Origin: Treponema sp. UBA1798 | Lineage (GTDB): Bacteria > Spirochaetota > Spirochaetia > Treponematales > Treponemataceae | DNA: 59,759 nucleotides | Reading direction: 5' to 3' | Assembly: GCA_002319875.1 (NCBI GenBank) | Contig: DCFS01000200.1 | Location: 1-59,759 of the forward strand | Notes under the pieces: generated by a model | The model's database searches: none | What the model was told of the DNA's origin: nothing | The model's input: only the letters and a program-made list of their open reading frames with translations | Made by a program: the position numbers and the translations under genes | Shown here: one piece after another, positions 36,375-44,594 of the stretch | How positions within the stretch are numbered: the stretch's first letter is position 1 | Layout: every line of letters begins with the position of its first letter

Positions 36375-37180
36375 GGCAGTATATTGCTTCTGATTTTCCT
36401 GATTCGCAGGGATTATTGAGAATTACCGGGAAAGATTACCGGTATTTTCATAAGATTCTCCGGGTAAAGTCCGGGGATATGATACAGGTAAGACTCCCGG
36501 ATCAGGTTTTGCAGAATATGACTGTTTGTACTCCGAATAAATATGGTAAGGATATCATTTTACAGGTTTGTACAGAGCATAGTGAATGTGGAAAAAGTCT
36601 TACAAGAGGAACAAGCGCTTCTGAAATATCCGCTACGGTTGCAAAACCGGAGTATTGGTTGTTTCAGTTTATTGCACGTCCGCAGAAAATGGATATAATA
36701 ATACGCCAGGCAACTGAATGTGGCGTTCATTTGATTGTGCCGGTCATTGGTGAGTATACGCAGTCCGGCAATATTGCGGGAACCGTGCGCTCTGGCCGTA
36801 TCGAACGGATTATACATGAAGCCCGGCAGCAGAGCGGATCTTCTGTAGAAACAAAGGTTGTTGAGCCGGTAAATATTCATGATGCAGTTTTGTTATGGCA
36901 GCAGCATACTGAAGATGCAGATATGAAAAGTCATGCAGCTTTTGTGTTGTATGAGCGGGAAACCGACAGGAAAACGTTTACAGAACTGATAGAGAGTTTA
37001 ACGGATATCAGAACTGCTGCTCTTGCTGTTGGTTGTGAGGGTGGAATAAGCCCTTCTGAAATTGAATATTTGATGTCGGCAGGTTTTATACCTGTTCATC
37101 TTATGACAAATATTTTGCGTTGTGAAACGGCGGCTTTATATGGTCTTGCTGTTTTGCAGACTGCAGTTAAAGAAAAGTGA
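36371..37180 (+). CDS. rsmE: 16S rRNA m3U1498 methyltransferase
   Basis: QATECGV, EARQQSG, GCEGGIS, ILRCETA. Confidence 0.9.
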   Translation: MRQYIASDFPDSQGLLRITGKDYRYFHKILRVKSGDMIQVRLPDQVLQNMTVCTPNKYGKDIILQVCTEHSECGKSLTRGTSASEISATVAKPEYWLFQFIARPQKMDIIIRQATECGVHLIVPVIGEYTQSGNIAGTVRSGRIERIIHEARQQSGSSVETKVVEPVNIHDAVLLWQQHTEDADMKSHAAFVLYERETDRKTFTELIESLTDIRTAALAVGCEGGISPSEIEYLMSAGFIPVHLMTNILRCETAALYGLAVLQTAVKEK

Positions 37181-37192
37181 GGAGATGAAATA

Positions 37193-37930
37193 ATGCCCTT
37201 ACAGCGGATAAACCTTCTTGGTGTGCCTGTCGATATATGCCGTCAGGAAGATCTTGAATCAGTGATATTGGAATTGCTGGCAAAACCTGGAACAAAACAG
37301 ATTGTTTTTCTATCTGTATGGAATCTGTTGAAAGCGCGACAGCAGAACGATTATGCGGAATGCATTCGTAATGCTGATCTTATTCTGCCTGTTTCGAAAA
37401 GTATACTGAGAGGCGCCAGATTTTTGCGGCTTGCTGTTCCTGTCCGCTATAATCCTTTTTCGGCCGTAATAAATGTGCTTTCTGTTCTGGAATCACATTA
37501 TAAATCACTGTATCTGCTTGGCAGCAGAAAAAGTATGCTTCAGACTGCGGAGAGCAATGTGCATGCAACTTTCCCTGGTTTACAGATAGTTGGAAGATAT
37601 GTCGGTTATTATCCTAAAAATATTGAAAAAAATGTAATCGAGGCTATTTACAAGGCTTCCCCCTCGCTTGCACTTCTTTGTGACGGTATACGGGAAAAGG
37701 ATGTATGGGCATATCACCGGAGAAACCAGTTTTCGTCAAGTATTTTCCTTTATTATAAAGATGCGATAGGTATTTTTTCCGAGCGTATTAACCGTGTCAG
37801 CGAAACTGTCTTTGATCACGGGTATGAAATATGGATCGAAATTTTACATAATCCCTTAAAAATATTTTTATTGTTTCCTTATCTGTGGTATAATATGTTA
37901 CTTGCCTGGTATCGAATAAGAAAACTGTAA
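37193..37930 (+). CDS. WecB/TagA/CpsF glycosyltransferase-like protein (degenerate)
   Basis: LLGVPVD, ADLILP, YLLGS, FPGLQIVGRYVGY; key motifs altered. Confidence 0.8.
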   Translation: MPLQRINLLGVPVDICRQEDLESVILELLAKPGTKQIVFLSVWNLLKARQQNDYAECIRNADLILPVSKSILRGARFLRLAVPVRYNPFSAVINVLSVLESHYKSLYLLGSRKSMLQTAESNVHATFPGLQIVGRYVGYYPKNIEKNVIEAIYKASPSLALLCDGIREKDVWAYHRRNQFSSSIFLYYKDAIGIFSERINRVSETVFDHGYEIWIEILHNPLKIFLLFPYLWYNMLLAWYRIRKL

Positions 37931-37956
37931 ATTCTCCTTATTTAGGGAAGGATAGT

Positions 37957-39111
37957 ATGCATTCCTCCTATCCTGATAGGTGTATTATTGTATTTTCAGC
38001 GAGAAAAGAAGTTATCCTTTTCTGCAAGGGAATATTCGGGGAGATCTTCCGTTTATTCATTTATCCGAGTTTTTTTCTGCCTGAACAAAAGGATGTTGTA
38101 GAACCGGAAGCCGTACTTGTCGATCCCGGAATATCCGTCAGATGCAATCAGTTTGAACTGGACGCGCTTATTACCCGTTTTTATGCGGTAAAACCTGTAT
38201 TTATTGTTCCCCAAAATGAACTTGCTTTTTTCCTTTCACGTTATAGCAGTAATGATTTTTCATTTATACCGATTCCCTGTGATCCGGAAATGTTAAGAGG
38301 CTTTCCTTTTTTCTGCAAAAAAAACTCAGTGAAAGAATATAAGTCAGATCCGGAATGGCCTGCGGTCGCAAATTCTGATATAGCCGGTCTGGATAAAATG
38401 ATCGGAGACTCGGTATGCATGAAGTCGCTCAAACATAAAATTGCTTTTATTGCAAAGGAGGAAGTAACCTTATTGCTTCAGGGGGAGACCGGTACCGGAA
38501 AGACGTTTGCTGCCGATCTTATACATGCACTATCGAAGCGAAAGGGAAAACGGTTCTGTACAATAAATATGTCGACCGTACCTGAGAACCTTGCTGATAG
38601 TGAACTTTTCGGTACCGTACGAGGAGCTTTTACAGGCGCTGTAGAGCATTCCGGAATTTTCGGAGCAGCTGATGGCGGTACTTTATTCCTTGATGAAATA
38701 GGAAATACACCGCTATCTGTGCAGGCAAAACTTCTCCGTGTACTGGAAACTTACCATTACAGAAGCATCGGATCAGCAGAAGAAAAAAAAACTGATGTAC
38801 GTCTTATTTTTGCAACGAACGCTAACCTGAAAGAGCTTATCAGCAGGGGTGAATTCCGTCTGGATCTTTATAACAGAATGAACATTGTTCCTCTTGTATT
38901 CCCGTCTCTCAGAGATCATAAAGAAGACATTCCTCTGCTTGCCGACGATGTTGTTAAAAACCATAATAAAAAAATTTCAGATAAGGCAAAATATGTTTTA
39001 ATGAAATACGATTGGCCGGGAAATATACGTCAGCTTATTCATTGTCTGAAACGGGCCTGTCTGTTTTGTAATAATGACGTAATTACCGCCTGTGATATTT
39101 TTATTGACTAG
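37957..39111 (+). CDS. Sigma54-dependent activator (bEBP) lacking a C-terminal HTH
   Basis: GETGTGKT, SELFG, GAFTGA, LFLDEIG, FRLDLYNR, WPGNIRQL. Confidence 0.9.
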   Translation: MHSSYPDRCIIVFSARKEVILFCKGIFGEIFRLFIYPSFFLPEQKDVVEPEAVLVDPGISVRCNQFELDALITRFYAVKPVFIVPQNELAFFLSRYSSNDFSFIPIPCDPEMLRGFPFFCKKNSVKEYKSDPEWPAVANSDIAGLDKMIGDSVCMKSLKHKIAFIAKEEVTLLLQGETGTGKTFAADLIHALSKRKGKRFCTINMSTVPENLADSELFGTVRGAFTGAVEHSGIFGAADGGTLFLDEIGNTPLSVQAKLLRVLETYHYRSIGSAEEKKTDVRLIFATNANLKELISRGEFRLDLYNRMNIVPLVFPSLRDHKEDIPLLADDVVKNHNKKISDKAKYVLMKYDWPGNIRQLIHCLKRACLFCNNDVITACDIFID

Positions 39112-39116
39112 CTGAT

Positions 39117-39842
39117 TTACTTTTTTGTTGCAAGCCCTGCCGCCTTGGTAAAAATTTTCTCAAGGTATTGAGCCTCGCTTTCAGATATTGCAGCCCTCGA
39201 AAGTATTGAGCGCCAGAATTTCTGCATTTCAGGACGTCCAGCTACACTGAAAAACCCGATTTTATGAAGATTATCAGAGATTGTGTTTACTGTAGCATCG
39301 ATCCGATCCAATGATACAGGTGTATATCCATGTATGTTTTTTGAATTCGTACGGAAAAGATGGTAACAAAGTATTTGTACGGCATGTGACAGATTCAGAG
39401 ATGCAAAATTGTCACTGGATGGGATTGTAATTCCCAGTGTACATTCAAGCATTTCTTCATCGGTCAGACCTGTGCGTTCATTGCCGAAGATAACCGCAAC
39501 ATTGCCTCCCGTCTCATCCCCTGTTATTTTGTTTGCCATAGCCGCAAATTCTTCAGGGAAAAGCAATTTTCCTTTTCTTTTTTTCCCCCGGCGGCGCGTC
39601 GTCCCCGCTGAAAGCGTACAATCTGCAGTTGCTTCCGTTATGGAATTGAAAAATTCTGCAGAATCCCATATCGCTGCAGCATGGATTGCTAATATACGTA
39701 CTCGTGTATCATCAAAATCTTCACGTTTTCCCACTATTCTGAGATGCTGTATATCGTTATTGGCCATCGCCCGACAGACGGCTCCGATATTTCTGCTTTC
39801 TTCTGGGCGATCCAGAATGATGTATATTTTTGTTAAATTCAT
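39117..39842 (-). CDS. trmJ: TrmJ/TrmH-family tRNA/rRNA methyltransferase
   Basis: NIGAVCRAM, IFGNERTGLT, SLNLSHAV. Confidence 0.88.
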   Translation of the reverse strand: MNLTKIYIILDRPEESRNIGAVCRAMANNDIQHLRIVGKREDFDDTRVRILAIHAAAIWDSAEFFNSITEATADCTLSAGTTRRRGKKRKGKLLFPEEFAAMANKITGDETGGNVAVIFGNERTGLTDEEMLECTLGITIPSSDNFASLNLSHAVQILCYHLFRTNSKNIHGYTPVSLDRIDATVNTISDNLHKIGFFSVAGRPEMQKFWRSILSRAAISESEAQYLEKIFTKAAGLATKK

Positions 39843-39887
39843 ACCGTACTATACTATTTTTGTTCTATTTACGCTATAATTTTATAA

Positions 39888-40640
39888 ATGGGACAATTTA
39901 GCGGGAAAAAAGCATTAGTAATCGGTGGCTCCGGTGGAATCGGAAAGGAATTGAGCCGTCTTCTTGTCGTTTCTGGGGCCTCTGTTATTATACATGGAGG
40001 ACATGAAACTCCTGATTTTATCCGTTTTATTGAGGACCTGCAGAGGATTGCAGATGTAATGGATACTCATATATCTGTCGGAAAAACAACCGTTTTTTTT
40101 GAAAATTCAGATTTCAGTAAAGAGTGTCATGCTCTTGATACCTTCCTTGCTCAGGCTGATATACTGTGTGTCTGTTTCGGACCCTTCCTTCAGAAATCAC
40201 TCGATACCACTACGCTTGAAGACTGGCAGAGAATTTCCTTATTAAATTATGCGCTTCCCGGATACTGTGTCAGCAGTGCACTTCGATATATGACGGAAAG
40301 AAAATGGGGCAGAATCCTTCTTTTCGGAGGGACGAGAACATATTCTGTAAATGCATTTAAAACCAATGCTGCCTATGCCGGTGCCAAGACTGCTGTCTGT
40401 AGTCTTGTACGTTCCGTTGCCGGCAGTTATGCAATTCATGGTATAACCTGTAATGCGCTCGTTCCCGGGTTTGTTGAAACCGAGTATCAGGGAATAGATG
40501 AGAAAAAAAAGCTTGCTGATAGATTTCCGGGAGGCTCCCTGATAACTGCGGCAGCTGTAGCAAAATACGGTATGTTTTTACTGGAATCGCAGGATTTAAA
40601 TGGAGTTCTATTGAATGCGGACAGAGGGTGGAATCCATAA
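39888..40640 (+). CDS. Short-chain dehydrogenase/reductase
   Basis: GGSGGIG, YAGAK, PGFVET. Confidence 0.9.
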   Translation: MGQFSGKKALVIGGSGGIGKELSRLLVVSGASVIIHGGHETPDFIRFIEDLQRIADVMDTHISVGKTTVFFENSDFSKECHALDTFLAQADILCVCFGPFLQKSLDTTTLEDWQRISLLNYALPGYCVSSALRYMTERKWGRILLFGGTRTYSVNAFKTNAAYAGAKTAVCSLVRSVAGSYAIHGITCNALVPGFVETEYQGIDEKKKLADRFPGGSLITAAAVAKYGMFLLESQDLNGVLLNADRGWNP

Positions 40641-40692
40641 TAAAAGAAAAATAGCAGGAACCATATATATATGAATATTATGTATTTCAGGT

Positions 40693-40722
40693 TTGACATT
40701 TTTGCAATTTTTGGTGTATCAT
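40693..40722 (+). promoter_or_regulatory. Putative sigma70 promoter of the STAS gene
   Basis: TTGACA-N18-TATCAT. Confidence 0.55.
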
Positions 40723-40784
40723 TATATAACTATTGGGTCTGATATAAAAAATGATTTTTAGGTAACAGGCATGGTGGAAGGCAT

Positions 40785-41336
40785 ATGGTAAACAATAACA
40801 ATTTAGTTTCTGGTTTCAACGATGAAAAAGATGACAGCCTTAAAATTACACTGGAAAAAGTTGATGAAGTCCAAAGTTGCCTCAATATACATTTGAATGG
40901 TTATATTGATACGTATAACTCAAGTTTTTTTCTTAAACGGATTTCAAAGGTTGTGGAAGCAGGTTATATTAATCTTATTTTTAACTGTGGTGCCCTTAAT
41001 TATGTTTCTTCGACCGGAATAGGTTCTTTTACTGCTTTTCTGAAAATGGTTAAACCGAAGGGCGGTGATATTGTTCTGCTTGAAATTCAACCCAAAGTTT
41101 ATGAGGTTTTTCAGCTGCTCGGATTTTCTCAATTTTTCAATATTAAAAATTCTTATGCAGAAGCGGTTGGTTTTTTTAAGAATGGTACTACGGAAATTAA
41201 TACCGTCTTTCCTGTTATTTTTTCATGTCCTGTATGCTCGAAGCGCTTAAAGGCTATCCGTTCTGGACGCTTCCGCTGTTCCGAATGCAAATCGATTTTA
41301 ACAGTAGATCCTCAGGGACAGGTTTCCCTTGGTTAA
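40785..41336 (+). CDS. STAS-domain anti-sigma-factor antagonist with C-terminal Zn ribbon
   Basis: GYIDTYNS, LNYVSSTGIG (phospho-Ser motif), VFQLLGF; CPVC...CSEC. Confidence 0.9.
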   Translation: MVNNNNLVSGFNDEKDDSLKITLEKVDEVQSCLNIHLNGYIDTYNSSFFLKRISKVVEAGYINLIFNCGALNYVSSTGIGSFTAFLKMVKPKGGDIVLLEIQPKVYEVFQLLGFSQFFNIKNSYAEAVGFFKNGTTEINTVFPVIFSCPVCSKRLKAIRSGRFRCSECKSILTVDPQGQVSLG

Positions 41337-41360
41337 ACGCTGGAAGCTAAACTGATTTTG

Positions 41361-41393
41361 AAAAAACTGCCGTTTTATAACGGCAGTTTTTTT
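41361..41393 (+). terminator. Intrinsic terminator after the STAS gene
   Basis: AAAAAACTGCCGTT-TTAT-AACGGCAGTTTTTTT. Confidence 0.85.
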
Positions 41394-41398
41394 ATGGA

Positions 41399-41671
41399 AG
41401 TGTATAACTTGTGGACAAATTGTACTTTTATCTGTATAACCTGCTACTGGTCCTGTTTCTAATTCCCTTAAATATAAAAAAATGCATTTTTACTGAAGAT
41501 TGTTATATAATTTCTTGTATTATAATGACTTGATTTGTACTGTCCCAATTCCAGACAAGATAGGGAGTTAACAGTATTCAGATAGTGTTTTGTGTTGATA
41601 TTTTATATCTGTGGATAACTTGTGTATTTAAAGAGGTATTCCCTGTATATAAATCTCATTTTTCTATATAA
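41399..41671. promoter_or_regulatory. Cluster of co-oriented DnaA-box-like 9-mers in an AT-rich intergenic region
   Basis: TGTGGATAA 41610 (perfect); one mismatch: AGTGTATAA 41399, TGTGGACAA 41410, TCTGTATAA 41431, TGTATATAA 41644; two mismatches: TGTTGATAT 41593, TGTGTATTT 41621, TCTATATAA 41663. Confidence 0.6.
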
Positions 41672-41743
41672 AATAACCAGATACAAAAAAACCTGTGGTT
41701 CTTGCTGTTGTTTTATCCCTCATTTCATGTTATTCTGAGCAGG

Positions 41744-42697
41744 ATGAAATCTGTAATCGGTTTTATTATTATTTTTTTTGGTACCTGTTTATTTGGAAGT
41801 TCTATAATTGCGGTCCTCTATATGTTTTATATAGAATGTACCTGTTTTGTTGCAGGTGTACCACTGTCCTTTTTTTCTGTTCCTTTTTTTCTTTACGGAT
41901 TTGCGCAGGCACTCCCCATAATCCTGTTGCTTTCGCCAATGTTCCTTTCTTTATACCGGATACGTCATCCGTCTGGTTTTATTTTACCCCTTACCGTTTT
42001 TGTTTGTCTGAATATTCTCATATGGAGTATTTTATTGCCCTTCAGCATCCGGTTGCTTGAAAGCATACCTGAAAATCCTGTTGCCGGGCAGCCTGTTCTG
42101 TCACCCGGTTATTTCAGAACAAAGGACAATACTGTATATTATTTCACATCTGTATCAGATAAAAATATGGCAGCCGGTCTGGGGATAAATCTCAATGAAA
42201 TAGATAAATCCCAAAACGGTATTTTTTCTTTTGACAATATGCATTTGCAAAGAGAAGCTGATTCCACATTTGCAGAGCCTCTGATCCGGGATACGCTGGC
42301 TGTACCGTCGCTGTTAAAAAAAATATTTTCTCTTTTTACTATTTTATTATCGGAGGCTGTTATTTCTTTCGGCAAAGGACTATCAGGATGGGCTCTTTTT
42401 GCCTCATTTGGATTAACCCTTGCTACGGTATACGGATTTGTGAACTTTTTTTCATGGAGACTCTTAAACGGATTCCAGGTTGTTTTTATGACGATAGGAA
42501 TCTTGCTGCTGAACAGCATCTATTATGGAACGGGGCTATTTTTGGGGCTGGATGCATGGCTGAATGGCTATACCGCAAAATTTGTTTCTTTTTATATTCC
42601 TTCAATAGCGGCTGTTAATGTTATCTGCTGCGTACTTTTTCTGATAACAGGCATCATATCAACCATCCGTCATAAAGCGTGGGGGACAAGAGAATGA
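41744..42697 (+). CDS. Membrane protein, 3TM-periplasmic-3TM; divergent LptF/LptG-like
   Basis: ATG 41744 lies 7 nt after TTGTTT-N17-TATTCT; hydrophobic segments flank a beta-rich domain LSPGYFRTKDNTVYYF. Confidence 0.7.
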   Translation: MKSVIGFIIIFFGTCLFGSSIIAVLYMFYIECTCFVAGVPLSFFSVPFFLYGFAQALPIILLLSPMFLSLYRIRHPSGFILPLTVFVCLNILIWSILLPFSIRLLESIPENPVAGQPVLSPGYFRTKDNTVYYFTSVSDKNMAAGLGINLNEIDKSQNGIFSFDNMHLQREADSTFAEPLIRDTLAVPSLLKKIFSLFTILLSEAVISFGKGLSGWALFASFGLTLATVYGFVNFFSWRLLNGFQVVFMTIGILLLNSIYYGTGLFLGLDAWLNGYTAKFVSFYIPSIAAVNVICCVLFLITGIISTIRHKAWGTRE

Positions 42698-44499
42698 AGC
42701 GTGTAATACAGATTTTAGGTTTGTTCGCATTTTTAACATATCTGACATGCTTTATAGTCAGTTTTACCGGTATTCAGACTCCGGAACTTATTACGGGTAG
42801 TAACAGAACTTACCGTTTTGACTATTCCCTGCTGCTTTTTTTTAATTATATACCTGCGGTGTTATGCAGCGGATTCCTTATCAGTTTTGCAGTCGTGTTC
42901 GGACGTTCCCGGGAAGCGACATTAAACCGTTTTTCCAACATAATGTTTTCCCGTTACCGGATTGTAATTATAGCAGCTCTCATTGTTGTCGTGTTCCTGA
43001 CATCTGTTGCGCAGATACTGAAACCACTTATTACTGCAAGAAAAAAGCAGCTCGAACGCCAGCCGTATTTTTTCCGTGATTATATGGCTCTTGCAAAACA
43101 ATCGATGGCCGAAAATGAACCGTCACTTGCTTTTCTGTATGCTGAAAGAGCAACAGATATTGATCCTGGGAACGAAGATGCACAGAGGTTTAAACGCCAG
43201 GCGGAAATACTTGAAGAAGCTGCCAGGGCTGATACGGTTTCTGATGTTCCTTCTGCTGATTTACCAGTCGTTTCTGATACCAGCGGGTGGTCCGTTTACC
43301 AGCTTCTGCAGGAATCGGATAAGGCTGCAGGAGCTGGTGACTGGTTCAATGCTCATTATTATGCACAACTCGCAGTAAATCTTGCCAGTCCGAACGATAT
43401 AAATTTAGAACCGGCAAAGCAGGCGGCAGCAGAAGCCTGGAACAGGCTGTCTGCAATGGGGAAGCTGGGAAATGAGCAGACCCAGTCCTTCTTTTCCCGC
43501 AAAAAAGACGCTTATATTGCATTGATGAGTGGCAATACGCTGAAAGCATATTATATTTTTACGGATCTTGCCGGTAGTTCACCTCAGAATGCTGCTGATC
43601 CTGATATAAAGCGATATCTTGCCTTAACTGAACAAAAACTCAGGACTCAGTTTTTCTTTATTGATGAGACTTATGATCTGCAGCGTTTCGAAAATATACA
43701 TGATATGTATTTCTGCTTAAGAAAAAAGGATGGCTCCCGCTCTGTCATACTAATCCGTGGTGTTACTGATATAAAAAGTGAAGGCAATCTTGTCAGGTAT
43801 CTGCGGCAGTTTACCGTCTATTCTTTTGATGCGCAGGGACGTTTTACCTTTTCCTGTACTGTTCCTTATGCAAAGATGCTTGCAGAACCTGTTTCTTTTT
43901 TTTCCGCCGATACAAAAGAACAGACAGGGCTTGACGATTCTTTCGGGCAGATACCGTATATATTGCTTCGTTCTGTAGACCGTAAAAAGGAAGGGGAGAC
44001 AATCAGTCCTGAATATCAGTATGCTGCCAATGCCGGAAAAATAACGGATGACTGTCTGATCCTTCCTATGCCATATAATGATTTTAAGCTTATTGCTGAT
44101 GCCTTTGCCGGTCCGGAGCAGATGGATTTTTTTTCCCTGTTTCAGTTCGTGTCAAAGGCCGCCCGCTACGGTTTCTCAGAAGAAGTTTACGGGCAGGCCC
44201 TTGTTGGCCGGTTTCTTTACCCGTTTTTGCTGCTTATATTCCTTGTTTTCCTTGCCTGTATAGCCTGGAATTACAGGATATCACAGCAGCAGGTTTTTAA
44301 ATTCAGCTGGATTATCATTCTGCCGGTTTTTACCTTTATTATGTTTTTTGTTTTGAACTGTATCGAGTATATATTCAGAATGCTCAATTTTGTATGTGTC
44401 GGACTAATCGGACGGCAGTATACGCTTACACTTGCACTGCTTGTTTATATTTTCCTGTTTTTTTTCGTCTCTTCGCTGTTCTTGTCCCGCAAAAATTGA
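42694..44499 (+). CDS. Membrane protein, LptF/LptG-like with helical-repeat (TPR-like) insert
   Basis: ATGA overlap with the upstream gene; NYIPAVLCSGFL, QILKPLITARK, PEQMDFFSLFQFV..YG....YGQALVGRFLYPF. Confidence 0.7.
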   Translation: MKRVIQILGLFAFLTYLTCFIVSFTGIQTPELITGSNRTYRFDYSLLLFFNYIPAVLCSGFLISFAVVFGRSREATLNRFSNIMFSRYRIVIIAALIVVVFLTSVAQILKPLITARKKQLERQPYFFRDYMALAKQSMAENEPSLAFLYAERATDIDPGNEDAQRFKRQAEILEEAARADTVSDVPSADLPVVSDTSGWSVYQLLQESDKAAGAGDWFNAHYYAQLAVNLASPNDINLEPAKQAAAEAWNRLSAMGKLGNEQTQSFFSRKKDAYIALMSGNTLKAYYIFTDLAGSSPQNAADPDIKRYLALTEQKLRTQFFFIDETYDLQRFENIHDMYFCLRKKDGSRSVILIRGVTDIKSEGNLVRYLRQFTVYSFDAQGRFTFSCTVPYAKMLAEPVSFFSADTKEQTGLDDSFGQIPYILLRSVDRKKEGETISPEYQYAANAGKITDDCLILPMPYNDFKLIADAFAGPEQMDFFSLFQFVSKAARYGFSEEVYGQALVGRFLYPFLLLIFLVFLACIAWNYRISQQQVFKFSWIIILPVFTFIMFFVLNCIEYIFRMLNFVCVGLIGRQYTLTLALLVYIFLFFFVSSLFLSRKN

Positions 44500-44551
44500 T
44501 TCCGCCTGGTCCTCTGCTGCCGATAAAGTAATTAAGTGCGTCATTTTTGTA

Positions 44552-44594
44552 AAAGTCACTTTCTAAAAAGTAACAGACCTTTGAAAGTGACTTT
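44552..44594. terminator. Inverted repeat between convergent genes (possible terminator)
   Basis: AAAGTCACTTTC ... GAAAGTGACTTT. Confidence 0.45.

Noticed and set aside
41394-41700. Calling the DnaA-box cluster oriC outright
   Set aside because: No dnaA/dnaN neighbourhood, no clear DnaA-trios, the ribosomal operons would be head-on to replication, and spot checks showed no skew switch. Kept only as a weaker alternative.
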